Below are positions 34,859 to 43,991 of a stretch of 64,000 nucleotides of DNA, piece by piece. The stretch lies in sequence record NC_061449.1; one strand, 5' to 3'. Every line of letters starts with the position of its first letter. Within the stretch, counting starts at the first letter, position 1. The notes beneath the pieces are model-generated. The model was not told where the DNA came from, did not search any database, and saw only the letters and a program-made list of their open reading frames with translations. A program made the position numbers and the translations under genes.

Positions 34859-36268
34859 ATGAAAAAGATTAAGCACACTTTCCGCCTGACCGACCTTGTT
34901 CGTATCTCCAACGTTCTGCCTGTGACCATGAAGCATTTTGATGGTGCAGGTGAAGAAGCAATCGTCGTTGGTCGTCAGGATGAAAAAGACGAGTACGCAC
35001 TGCACGTCAAACATCATGGTCGTGTTTCATGGTACCCCGCCGAGTGTTTGAAACTTATCAAACACGATCAGTCTGCACTTCTCGACAAGTGGGAAGCAGG
35101 TAAGTACGGTAAGAAGAAAAAGAAAGAGCGTGAGATCCCTAACGAACTGCGCAACTTCACTGCTATCCTGCCTGTGACCTGTAACGCTGATTGTGCTTTC
35201 TGCCCTGAGAAAGAAATGGAAAACAAAGCGCCGCAGAAAGAGTGGCAAGACAATCTGATGGCTGCAATCAAAACGCACGGTCATCGTGTTGATCACATCT
35301 CAATCTCTGGGGGTGAACCTACGCTTCGCATGAAGTATCTGTTCGAAACGATTGACCGTATTCGTGCAGAAGCTGGTACGCACAAAGTGGGTCTGACTTC
35401 TAACGGTCAGTTCCTTGAAAAGCATAATCAGACGATGACGTTCCTCGATCTGAATACAGACGTGATGCTGGAAAGCAAACTGTCGCATCTGAATATCAGT
35501 CTGCACTCATTTGACCGTGAGAAAGCAAACAAGATCATGGGCGTCAACTATACGTGGACTCTTGATGACCTTGTGCGCTTCCGCCGCCAGTTAGGTCGCA
35601 GGCTGAGTTTCCATATCAACTTCGTTATCAACAAACAGAACATCGACAACATCGAATGGGAGTTCCGTCAGGCGAACGAACTGATGAAAGCAAACCCGTG
35701 GATCGACGTTGTGTTCCGTGTTGACTACGACAACAAGAAGTTGAGCAAAGAACTGCGTAAGTATGGCATGGCGCATGAAGCGTGGCGCAACGCTACACGC
35801 GGCTCACAGCGTGACGTTATGGAGGCTGAGAAGAAGTTGAAGAAGAAGCCTGAGCTGATCAAGCTGTTTGATTCTATCTTTGACGGTAGCTACTACGATG
35901 AAATTTTCGACGAGACCCTGCCAGGATTCGACGATACGTTTACTACTGGTTGTCCGTCATGCTTCACGCATCGCAGCGCCGACCTCGGTAACAGCTTCGC
36001 ATATCTGAAAGCGTCTTCATACGAACCGAACGAAGACGAAGAAGAATACACCGAAATGGTATTCCACATGGACGGCAACCTGTACTTCGACTGGTCACGC
36101 AAAGAGCCTGTACCAGAAGTGAAAGCCAAGAAGGTAAAAGCGAAGAAAGTGAAGAAGGCGAAGAAAGAAGAACCTAGAGGCTATCCTGATACCTGTAACT
36201 TTGGTTCTTCTCGTTGTGGATTTACTGGCGGCAACGGGAGTTGTGGTTTCGGTAGCGGTATGTGCTAA
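34859..36268 (+). CDS. radical SAM enzyme with N-terminal accessory domain and Cys/Gly/Phe-rich C-terminal tail
   Basis: CNADCAFC (CxxxCxxC), SGGEPTL, LTSNG, LNISLHS, late CPSC; RBS in loop of TACAT-GAGGAT-ATGTA. Confidence 0.88.
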   Translation: MKKIKHTFRLTDLVRISNVLPVTMKHFDGAGEEAIVVGRQDEKDEYALHVKHHGRVSWYPAECLKLIKHDQSALLDKWEAGKYGKKKKKEREIPNELRNFTAILPVTCNADCAFCPEKEMENKAPQKEWQDNLMAAIKTHGHRVDHISISGGEPTLRMKYLFETIDRIRAEAGTHKVGLTSNGQFLEKHNQTMTFLDLNTDVMLESKLSHLNISLHSFDREKANKIMGVNYTWTLDDLVRFRRQLGRRLSFHINFVINKQNIDNIEWEFRQANELMKANPWIDVVFRVDYDNKKLSKELRKYGMAHEAWRNATRGSQRDVMEAEKKLKKKPELIKLFDSIFDGSYYDEIFDETLPGFDDTFTTGCPSCFTHRSADLGNSFAYLKASSYEPNEDEEEYTEMVFHMDGNLYFDWSRKEPVPEVKAKKVKAKKVKKAKKEEPRGYPDTCNFGSSRCGFTGGNGSCGFGSGMC

Positions 36269-36279
36269 GGAAAACTAAA

Positions 36280-36642
36280 ATGAATGAACGTCGTAACTTT
36301 TATTACCACAGCCCGTTTTATTATGGGCTTATTGTGTGGCGTAGACGTCTTGCTGTTGTCGGTGCTATGCTGATCGCTATTCTGATCATGCACGGTCGCT
36401 CCGCTCCTGCTGTCGAAGACATGTGGTTCTGGACAGGCATCATCTTCGGTGTAATTGGTGGTGTGTGCTATATACGCATGTGGTGCTATGAAAACTACCT
36501 GCTTGCTGCAATGGGCCCGCTCGATAACAGCACCGTTATTGGTTCATTGAACTTCGATAAGATCGAACGCAAACACGAAGTCTGGTACGAGAAGAAATTT
36601 GGCTGCAAGCCACCGAAGACTAACACATGGAGCAATGACTAA
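36280..36642 (+). CDS. membrane protein with 2 predicted TM segments
   Basis: Two hydrophobic stretches; AAGGA RBS. Confidence 0.7.
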   Translation: MNERRNFYYHSPFYYGLIVWRRRLAVVGAMLIAILIMHGRSAPAVEDMWFWTGIIFGVIGGVCYIRMWCYENYLLAAMGPLDNSTVIGSLNFDKIERKHEVWYEKKFGCKPPKTNTWSND

Positions 36643-37100
36643 TGCCACGCATGTTCACTGTAACCCACCGCAAGAAGCTCCACGTCCGTATGAGTGATCC
36701 TAAATTTCACGGTGCGAAGTGTGAAGCTATCTACCAACAAGGCATGAAAGCTCTGCGTCAACTTAAAATGTATCAAGACGCTATTCGTTATGCTCGTCGT
36801 CCTGGTGTGCGTTTCCGGCGTAATAGTACGTTTGCACTTATGTTGGATAATGAATGGTGGGACCATAAATCTATCGAGGAGTACCGTCGAGAAGTTCTCC
36901 ATTGGACTGCTTGCTTGAGAAAGGCTCGCGTTGCATACACCGAAGAACATTCAAAGCGCCACAATCATCCACTGCGTTTCGAAGTGAAAGATGCAGATGG
37001 TAATCGCGTTGATCTGTTCGTGACTTATGGTGCGGCCAATCACTGTAAACTACGTTCAGGGCTTGGCGCTACACTCAATCGTTATGAGGAAAAGAAATAA
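36642..37100 (+). CDS. basic hypothetical protein, 152 aa
   Basis: TAATG coupling. Confidence 0.7.
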   Translation: MPRMFTVTHRKKLHVRMSDPKFHGAKCEAIYQQGMKALRQLKMYQDAIRYARRPGVRFRRNSTFALMLDNEWWDHKSIEEYRREVLHWTACLRKARVAYTEEHSKRHNHPLRFEVKDADGNRVDLFVTYGAANHCKLRSGLGATLNRYEEKK

Positions 37101-37101
37101 A

Positions 37102-37365
37102 ATGGCTGTTGGTTTTGTGAAAGATGATGGTGTGAATGATACCATCGAAACAAACGTGATGAACGAGATTGACCGCGCTCGCTCAGAACTTCAAGGCGTA
37201 GGTTCTGATTACTGCGTCAACCAAGACTGCGGTGCGAAGATTCCTGTGATGCGCAAACTCGCTATGCCAAATGCGCGTTACTGTGTTAACTGTCAGGCAA
37301 GTCATGATGGCACTGCTAACGTCGGCTACAATCGTCGTGGCTCCAAAGATTCCCAACTGAGGTAG
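37102..37365 (+). CDS. ybiI: DksA/TraR-family C4 zinc-finger protein (YbiI-like)
   Basis: C...DCGAKIP..RK.AMP.ARYCVNCQ; C-terminus GYNRRGSKDSQLR matches remembered E. coli YbiI. Confidence 0.88.
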   Translation: MAVGFVKDDGVNDTIETNVMNEIDRARSELQGVGSDYCVNQDCGAKIPVMRKLAMPNARYCVNCQASHDGTANVGYNRRGSKDSQLR

Positions 37366-37370
37366 CAACA

Positions 37371-37793
37371 ATGGCAACACTTACCCAGACTAACAAGAAG
37401 TGGAACGTAACGTTCACCCAGAAAGATAAACCGGATAACGTGTTCACTGCTACATACACCAATGAGCAGGAGTATCTCAACTGGGTAGCACTGCATGAGC
37501 AAGGCTTCGATATCGAAGTTGAGATCGAAATGTCTTTCCTTGTGCAGAAAGGTCCGCACGACAACATACAACCTGTCGATCAGCCTGATGTGACTTATTC
37601 GCTTGAGGCGTTTATCTCGACCGCTAACGACTGGGTAGTTATTCGTAGTGGCATCGCTTCCCCAGAAGCTGTCACTCAACTTATCGATCAACTCAATATC
37701 ACGCCTGAAAACAAACACGTCAAGGGAACTAAGTTCCGTGTTGTGCGTGTTATGCGTGACGCTGTTGAAGAACTGTGGGGAGAGATGTGGTGA
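37371..37793 (+). CDS. hypothetical protein, 140 aa
   Basis: GAGG RBS. Confidence 0.75.
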   Translation: MATLTQTNKKWNVTFTQKDKPDNVFTATYTNEQEYLNWVALHEQGFDIEVEIEMSFLVQKGPHDNIQPVDQPDVTYSLEAFISTANDWVVIRSGIASPEAVTQLIDQLNITPENKHVKGTKFRVVRVMRDAVEELWGEMW

Positions 37794-37924
37794 GCGACAA
37801 AGAACCATATTCACGTTGTGAAGACTGCCGTACACCTCTAGCAGAAGATGAAGTGTACGGTGAGTGGGATGACCTGTGCGAGAACTGCTTCGCCGATCGT
37901 GAAGACGAAGGGGAGCCGACATAA
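37790..37924 (+). CDS. small Zn-ribbon protein, 44 aa (CEDC...CENC)
   Basis: GTG start overlapping the upstream stop; GGGGAG RBS; absent from the ORF track. Confidence 0.55.
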   Translation: MSDKEPYSRCEDCRTPLAEDEVYGEWDDLCENCFADREDEGEPT

Positions 37925-38241
37925 TGCTGCGTAAACTTTGGATAGCTATGGGATTCATATTCCCTACTGTTGCAGATGCCATGCGTAAACGTCAGGCTTG
38001 TACACGCATTGGTTACACCAGTTACTGCGTTATGAATCGAGCTGGTTTTGCGGAGGCATTCACGCACCACCTGCATGAGTATCGAAACGCCAGCGAATCG
38101 CTGGCTGTACTCAACAAACATAAGCACGAAGACGTGACCGCAAAAGCGCAGCGTATGGATTATCCTTGTGTTGTTGTCTTTGTGGAAGATGGCTTCTCAA
38201 CGATTGCAATTGATGCACCTACCATGGAGCGCCACGTATGA
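37924..38241 (+). CDS. hypothetical protein, 105 aa
   Basis: TAATG coupling. Confidence 0.65.
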   Translation: MLRKLWIAMGFIFPTVADAMRKRQACTRIGYTSYCVMNRAGFAEAFTHHLHEYRNASESLAVLNKHKHEDVTAKAQRMDYPCVVVFVEDGFSTIAIDAPTMERHV

Positions 38242-38591
38242 AACTTACAAAGCTGCCGCGTTACTTGTGGCTAACAGGCATACAGGTAACGCACTTCTTC
38301 AAGCTGCTTAAAGCGAATCGTGAACTCGCTGCTATGGAGCATGAAGCAGAAGTGCTCAAAGCTCTGCAAGATCTCACTGAGCGTGATATGCAGAACGGAA
38401 CTATCATCTGCATCAAGGTGCTTTCGTTCTTTCAGGAGTTGAAGCGCCCTCGTGGTGTGAAGCACAATCTTCCCTACCTGTGGCCGAAGCGTGACCTGAT
38501 TCGCTTGCTCAACAAGAACGGCGTTGCAGTAGGGCCAGTACCGAATTACTTTGCAGCGTTCCATCAACTCGTAGACAAAGGGTTTAAGTGA
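38238..38591 (+). CDS. hypothetical protein, 117 aa
   Basis: ATGA coupling; GGAG RBS. Confidence 0.7.
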   Translation: MKLTKLPRYLWLTGIQVTHFFKLLKANRELAAMEHEAEVLKALQDLTERDMQNGTIICIKVLSFFQELKRPRGVKHNLPYLWPKRDLIRLLNKNGVAVGPVPNYFAAFHQLVDKGFK

Positions 38592-39253
38592 TGAACATCA
38601 TTCAATTCCTCATGGATGAGGACGAAGTACAGTCTGCATTCGTTGCGTACCGCACCGACCCTACCGATGAAAACAAACGTCGTGTGATCGAAACGCTTTT
38701 GCGTGAACACGCGTTCGCAACTAACGTAACAGAGAAAGCTACGGTGCTGGGTAAGCCTCAACATCGTTTTGTGCTTATCCCCCACACTACCGCTATCAAT
38801 CGTGAGCGAGTAGAAGTTAGTGGAGATCAGATTAGCTGGGACAGGCCCGTTGATCGCAGACTGCTCGATCTAGCGAAGTGTGCTACCCGTGTCAGTAATC
38901 ACGTACACGAACTAGGCGGCTCTGCTGTGTTTGTGCGCTTCACCGCCGACGAGTGGCACGAGACTTTCCTGACTCAGGGCCTTCCGATGTATCTTGCGGC
39001 GATGCAGGAAGCCCTGAAGGAAACAGAGAGTCTCGAAGCTATCGCAGTCTCTATGGAAAAACTGATTCGCGTTGTCGGTAATATGACCGAACTTGCATAT
39101 TCAAAACGACTGATAGGTCAGATGTATGCCGTTGCTGAAAACAGACACGATGACACTGTTAGCAGTGCGCTAGTTGCTATGGTAGATCTGGGGAGAACGA
39201 AGAACATCCCTGCTATCTGTAAAGAGACAGAAGACGAGAACGAGGAAGAATAA
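38588..39253 (+). CDS. hypothetical protein, 221 aa
   Basis: Coupled ORF. Confidence 0.75.
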   Translation: MMNIIQFLMDEDEVQSAFVAYRTDPTDENKRRVIETLLREHAFATNVTEKATVLGKPQHRFVLIPHTTAINRERVEVSGDQISWDRPVDRRLLDLAKCATRVSNHVHELGGSAVFVRFTADEWHETFLTQGLPMYLAAMQEALKETESLEAIAVSMEKLIRVVGNMTELAYSKRLIGQMYAVAENRHDDTVSSALVAMVDLGRTKNIPAICKETEDENEEE

Positions 39254-39625
39254 ATGATCAAACAAATCCCAAGACAACTTTCGACCAAAGATCGTAGTCT
39301 GTCTATCGACGGCTTTGCTTCTGCGGTCAATCTGGAAAACTACACTGCTGTCGTGCGCGGTCCGTGGAAGTTACTGCGCGGCACTAACACCAGCGGTAAC
39401 TTCACTGTCGTGCTGGTGGGGCCTCACGCCGTCCCATCGAATCTGGTCGGCATTCAAATCTTAATGGCTGCTGGCTTCTCTGATGTAGACGCTATGCTTG
39501 CTCTCGGTGTAACACGTAATGAATATCGTGCGTGGACAAAAACGCAACGCACTCGCAAACGCGAAGCAGCCGCACAACCACGCATGGGCAGCACAACATC
39601 ACTCGACGATCTCAAGGGGAAGTAA
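39254..39625 (+). CDS. hypothetical protein, 123 aa
   Basis: Abuts the upstream stop. Confidence 0.7.
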   Translation: MIKQIPRQLSTKDRSLSIDGFASAVNLENYTAVVRGPWKLLRGTNTSGNFTVVLVGPHAVPSNLVGIQILMAAGFSDVDAMLALGVTRNEYRAWTKTQRTRKREAAAQPRMGSTTSLDDLKGK

Positions 39626-39626
39626 G

Positions 39627-40013
39627 ATGAAACAGCTATTCGTAGGCAGTCACCCAAACACCGTTCGCTTCTCTGATCTCGATTCTCGTGATCGCGTGTG
39701 TGAGATTCGTGTGCTGATCGCCAATGCGTATACTATCCTGCGCGATGCTATCGGTGAGAAAGCCAAAGATGAAGCGAGCGTCTTCCACGGCCCGTGGCTT
39801 GTGTTTCGTAACCTGATGAACGAGCACCCTGCTACGTGTCTCGAAGAATATCGTCACGCTTCAATCTACTTCGATGCAGACACCGAAAACATGGTGACTG
39901 AGATTGCTGATCTGATTGAACAGCATATCGAACTGACTCGTCAGTCTCTCAGTTTGAAAGGCGCTAATCAACATCAGGCTGCTGACGATGAAAACTTTGC
40001 ATTGCGTGGCTAA
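39627..40013 (+). CDS. hypothetical protein, 128 aa
   Basis: AGGGGA RBS before ATG 39627. Confidence 0.7.
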   Translation: MKQLFVGSHPNTVRFSDLDSRDRVCEIRVLIANAYTILRDAIGEKAKDEASVFHGPWLVFRNLMNEHPATCLEEYRHASIYFDADTENMVTEIADLIEQHIELTRQSLSLKGANQHQAADDENFALRG

Positions 40014-40191
40014 ACGTTATTGGCGCGAGGCGATGATACTGATTGTGTTGGTTGTCATCGCTTTCGCTTTACCTTACTTCGAAGTGCGTAGCCCAGAGCT
40101 GACTATGCTGGTGGCTGTTATCGTGGCTGTGTACTTCTTCGCTACTTGGGCATGTAAGCCTAGATATGGACGAGACAATGAGAAAGAATGA
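39988..40191 (+). CDS. small membrane protein with 2 TM segments, 67 aa
   Basis: Two hydrophobic stretches. Confidence 0.55.
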   Translation: MKTLHCVAKRYWREAMILIVLVVIAFALPYFEVRSPELTMLVAVIVAVYFFATWACKPRYGRDNEKE

Positions 40192-40729
40192 AATCGTATT
40201 GAGCGCCGAAGAGATTGCAGACGGCATCGAGAAGATCAATCACGCACTACTGCAAGTTGGTCTGCGTTGCAACGAAGGTGATGTTGGTTACGAAACTGTG
40301 TATACCGATGATCGCGGTGAAACGCAGGGTGGCTGGTACGCCGAGTTCGATAAGAAGTCCCGCGATAAGCTGCGTGAATCAAAGAAAGTGTCGTGGCGTA
40401 ACTGTGGCATGATTAGCGGCGACACGCTCGATAGCATTCTGCGTACTGCTGCTAGTCTGAAATTCCGCAACTATGGCAAAGAGCCTAGCCCTACTCAGAT
40501 TAAGAAAGTGGTGCACATGATGACCAAAGAAGGTGCCACCAAGAGAGCGCTTGAGATCTACAACTCAGCCGCGCCTCTGTCTGACGATGACCTCAAGCTG
40601 TGTATCGAACACTTCCGTTCACTGGAAGCGTTAATCAAAGTTGACCCGATGTTGAAGCTCGCGCAGCCTTACGTTGTGAACAACCTGTATCAACTCGAAA
40701 ACTACTTACACGCACGTAAGAGCAAGTAA
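40166..40729 (+). CDS. hypothetical protein, about 187 aa
   Basis: Complete ORF; start 40166 or 40178. Confidence 0.7.
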   Translation: MDETMRKNEIVLSAEEIADGIEKINHALLQVGLRCNEGDVGYETVYTDDRGETQGGWYAEFDKKSRDKLRESKKVSWRNCGMISGDTLDSILRTAASLKFRNYGKEPSPTQIKKVVHMMTKEGATKRALEIYNSAAPLSDDDLKLCIEHFRSLEALIKVDPMLKLAQPYVVNNLYQLENYLHARKSK

Positions 40730-40734
40730 CAATC

Positions 40735-40762
40735 ATGGGAGACTCCTAACGGGGTTTCCCAT
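40735..40762 (+). terminator. hairpin, possible terminator
   Basis: ATGGGAGACTCC-TAAC-GGGGTTTCCCAT with a weak U-tract. Confidence 0.55.
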
Positions 40763-40787
40763 TAGTCATTTCTGGAGCAAATTTTAC

Positions 40788-41768
40788 ATGAGATTCGGAT
40801 TCGCCTGCAAGCTAATCGACGAGAACGGCAAACAACCTTACCCAAACAAAAGTCTAAGCTATAAGCACTTCTCAAAACTCAGTCTTGACGAACGACGCCA
40901 GAAGTTGCGTGAGATCGTGACAGTCAATCTAACGTCGCTGTATGATATGATTGCTCACGTCGGTATGTTACGCCGAGACATGCGTATGTTTCGAATCACT
41001 AGTGAATTACTTCCGTTGTACACGCACCCGCAAGTAACGCATCTTTATCAAGAGCGTGAACTTGCCGCATACATCGAACACTGGTTGTGGAAGTGTGGTA
41101 AGTTGGCACAAGGCGCTGGTGTTAGACTTTCGTTTCATCCAGGCCAGTTCACAGTGCTCGCGTCCGATCGCCCTGATGTTGTACTCAACTCAATTAACGA
41201 ACTTGAGTACCATGCGTACTGCGCCTATCACATGGGGTACGGTCGTCGCTTTCAAGACTTCAAGATTAACATTCACCTGAGCGGTAAACTTGGTGCAAAA
41301 GGGTTTCGTGCAGCACACTCGAAACTTTCTGATCACTGCCGAAAGATGTTGACCGTCGAGAATGACGAGATTACGTCCAGCATCGAAGACTGTTTAGAAC
41401 TCGCCGACCTTTGCCCGATAGTTCTCGATATTCATCATCACTGGGTAATGACAAACGAATACATTCAACCGACCGATGATCGTGTTCAGCGTGTCATAGA
41501 GTCGTGGCGAGGCATCACGCCTGTTGCGCATTATTCTGTGTCGCGGCCTGAGTTCGTACCGTCGAGAGGTCTGCCAGATCAAAACAAGCTCGCTGCTAAT
41601 CGTATGCAGTTACGCGCACATTCTGACTACTATCACAATGACGACGTAAATGACTGGGCCCTAAGTTTCACTGATTTTGACTTGATGTGTGAGTCGAAAG
41701 CTAAAAACAGAGCACGTATAAAACTGGCTTGTTTTAGAGCGAACTCTGCAAATAACTGGACAAAATAA
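40788..41768 (+). CDS. uvsE: UV-damage endonuclease (UvsE/UVDE)
   Basis: RFGFACK, MFRITSELLP, RLSFHPGQF, INIH, LTVENDE, IVLDIHHH, RAHSDY, MCESKAK. Confidence 0.92.
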   Translation: MRFGFACKLIDENGKQPYPNKSLSYKHFSKLSLDERRQKLREIVTVNLTSLYDMIAHVGMLRRDMRMFRITSELLPLYTHPQVTHLYQERELAAYIEHWLWKCGKLAQGAGVRLSFHPGQFTVLASDRPDVVLNSINELEYHAYCAYHMGYGRRFQDFKINIHLSGKLGAKGFRAAHSKLSDHCRKMLTVENDEITSSIEDCLELADLCPIVLDIHHHWVMTNEYIQPTDDRVQRVIESWRGITPVAHYSVSRPEFVPSRGLPDQNKLAANRMQLRAHSDYYHNDDVNDWALSFTDFDLMCESKAKNRARIKLACFRANSANNWTK

Positions 41769-41801
41769 GGCTTGTTTCAGATGGTTGCCCTATGCTACAC
41801 T
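41750..41801 (+). promoter_or_regulatory. early-type promoter P4
   Basis: AAATAACTGGACAAAATAAG...TTGTTT...TG-C-TACACT. Confidence 0.75.
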
Positions 41802-41852
41802 GTATGTGAGCACTTTAATCGCGTTTAACTAGACAGAGGAAGGAACACTACT

Positions 41853-42155
41853 ATGTTCAATACGACAACTATCGCTAAAAAGACAGACGTTCTCCGTGCC
41901 ACCAACCATTCTTTTGGCATTACTGGTATCACGCCTACCAATCGCATCTCCTGCGTTTGGCCCGGCGCTCTGGAAGTTCCTGCACACATTAAACGTTGGT
42001 GCCGCGCAAACGAAATCCTGACTGACCTTGACGCGTACATGCGTGTTCGTTTTAAAGGTCGTCGCGCAGACATTCTGAATCTGGTAGCCAAGCATCTTGC
42101 ACCAGATAACCCGGAACTGGCTGTTCGTATTCTCTCAACTATCACAGAGGCTTAA
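41853..42155 (+). CDS. hypothetical protein, 100 aa
   Basis: AAGGA RBS; first gene after P4. Confidence 0.75.
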   Translation: MFNTTTIAKKTDVLRATNHSFGITGITPTNRISCVWPGALEVPAHIKRWCRANEILTDLDAYMRVRFKGRRADILNLVAKHLAPDNPELAVRILSTITEA

Positions 42156-42156
42156 A

Positions 42157-42420
42157 ATGAAACTTCAACCACTAGAAGCTATGTATGGTGCTACGAACAC
42201 CAATACACCGTTAGATAGCAAACGTGGCTTCCGTCCTGTCGAATCAAAATACGTCGATAGTACGGAGGTTAAGTTGCAGAGGCTATCGCACGATATACAC
42301 GAACGTGTGGTTGTTGGGTACGATCAATTTGGTCGTGCCTTGTATGGAACACGGGAGCCACAAACAACGTTCGAAGTGCGTGACAGCAAGGAAAGCGAAC
42401 CGAGTAAGACGGCGCCCTAG
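42157..42420 (+). CDS. hypothetical protein, 87 aa
   Basis: GAGG RBS before ATG 42157. Confidence 0.6.
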   Translation: MKLQPLEAMYGATNTNTPLDSKRGFRPVESKYVDSTEVKLQRLSHDIHERVVVGYDQFGRALYGTREPQTTFEVRDSKESEPSKTAP

Positions 42421-42495
42421 CAAGCTCACAAACGGAAGCCATAGAATAACAAACAATAAATTCATGCGCTGAACAAACGTGGGGGGTGTCTCAAA

Positions 42496-42873
42496 ATGAT
42501 CGTTATATGTAACTCTTCAAGACAGTTCTGTCCTGACCGTCTCGCACACGGAGACGCTTTTGTCTTTGGTAAGACCCGCATGTTGTTACGCGCAGACTTC
42601 TTAGTTCTGACCGATAAAAATAACAGCATGTATGTTGTACGCAAATCTGATGTTGTATGGGCTCCCGAGCTTACGGGTGCGACGCATGTGATTAAGATCA
42701 GGGCGTTCGCCCAGATTAAACCGTTTGAACTCAATGCAGCATGTCCTCAGTTCAATAGCCGCGTATTCGGAACAATCGCGTTCCGCAATCCGCACTTCGA
42801 ACACAGACTGAATGGTCTGAAATATGTAGAGACAATCTTCGGAGGTTTACATGGCTCGATATCATGTGTTTAG
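42496..42873 (+). CDS. hypothetical protein, 125 aa
   Basis: GGGGGG RBS. Confidence 0.65.
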   Translation: MIVICNSSRQFCPDRLAHGDAFVFGKTRMLLRADFLVLTDKNNSMYVVRKSDVVWAPELTGATHVIKIRAFAQIKPFELNAACPQFNSRVFGTIAFRNPHFEHRLNGLKYVETIFGGLHGSISCV

Positions 42874-43099
42874 TGCGGCGCATAAGTATTTCGGTGAAGC
42901 ATATGAAGGTACTTGGTTGAAAGAGATCGCTCTCAACGGCAAACAAGTCCTCAGTGCAGAGTTCCCCAACTTTGACGCAGCGAAAGAATGTGCCGATAAG
43001 TTGCATGAGGTTTGCGATATAGGGTGGATCGTGTATAACGCTTTCTCAGAACGCGCAATGTACGATACCCGCACAGAGCACGGCGAGTCTGTAAAGTAA
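42851..43099 (+). CDS. hypothetical protein, 82 aa
   Basis: GGAGG RBS. Confidence 0.7.
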   Translation: MARYHVFSAAHKYFGEAYEGTWLKEIALNGKQVLSAEFPNFDAAKECADKLHEVCDIGWIVYNAFSERAMYDTRTEHGESVK

Positions 43100-43176
43100 T
43101 AGCAGACTCGCTTGCACCTATTCTTAACGTGGCGCTTACGGGCTACACAACAATTCACTATCAATTGAGGTTCCAA

Positions 43177-43686
43177 ATGAAATTCACTGCTATCGCTATC
43201 GCACTGGTTATGTCCGCTTCTGTATCTGCTGCAAACTTCAAAGCGCCTGCACCCGCTGCTGGTATGCAGTCGTCTGGCATGTCTATCTCTGATCGTCTGG
43301 ATGATAGCTGCCTAATCAAGTTGTCTGCCGCACAAGATCTGCGTGACGCTATTGTTGACTTTGCGGTGTCACGCGACGCTATTGACACTGTAGCACTTTG
43401 GCCTCTGGTCTGTGCGCCGACGGTCGAAGCTAAATCCATTAACGTCGAACGCATTGGCTCCGATTTGACTCTAACCTACGTCAACAAAGACGCAACGATG
43501 CCCAAGCTCGTTATTGTGTTGCAGCGCGTCAAGTCTGAGAACGAAGACGATGCACCTGCATATCAGATCGTTCAAGTCGGTGATATGAATGCTATGGGCT
43601 ACGAAGAACAGTCCGCGGTTAAAGATTGGTTGCTTGATTGCTACGCAGCTACTGTACAAGACGATATGGTGGCGGCGCTGAACTGA
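43177..43686 (+). CDS. secreted/periplasmic protein with Sec signal peptide
   Basis: MKFTAIAIALVMSASVSA-A signal peptide; GAGG RBS. Confidence 0.75.
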   Translation: MKFTAIAIALVMSASVSAANFKAPAPAAGMQSSGMSISDRLDDSCLIKLSAAQDLRDAIVDFAVSRDAIDTVALWPLVCAPTVEAKSINVERIGSDLTLTYVNKDATMPKLVIVLQRVKSENEDDAPAYQIVQVGDMNAMGYEEQSAVKDWLLDCYAATVQDDMVAALN

Positions 43687-43991
43687 TGGAAGGTAAAAAG
43701 CTAGACGTATTCCTGCAACAACGCACTGCAATAAATAAAGTCGCTTCCAGTCCAAAAGACTGGGAGACGTACAAAGAAATGCTGTTGAACATACGGCTTG
43801 CCGTTGCTGTTGACCCACGCCCTGATGCCGCTGTGCGACACTTAGCACGTACTTGGCACGCCGAAAAGAAATATGCGCTCCCTGTCTGTCAGGCTACGCT
43901 TTTAAAACTGATGACGTTGAAGAAAGCGAACCAAACGCTTGAAGAAATGATCGCGCTCTACATTGACCTTGAGGAAGGACCGAAGAAATGA
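43686..43991 (+). CDS. hypothetical protein, 101 aa
   Basis: TGATG coupling. Confidence 0.7.
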   Translation: MEGKKLDVFLQQRTAINKVASSPKDWETYKEMLLNIRLAVAVDPRPDAAVRHLARTWHAEKKYALPVCQATLLKLMTLKKANQTLEEMIALYIDLEEGPKK

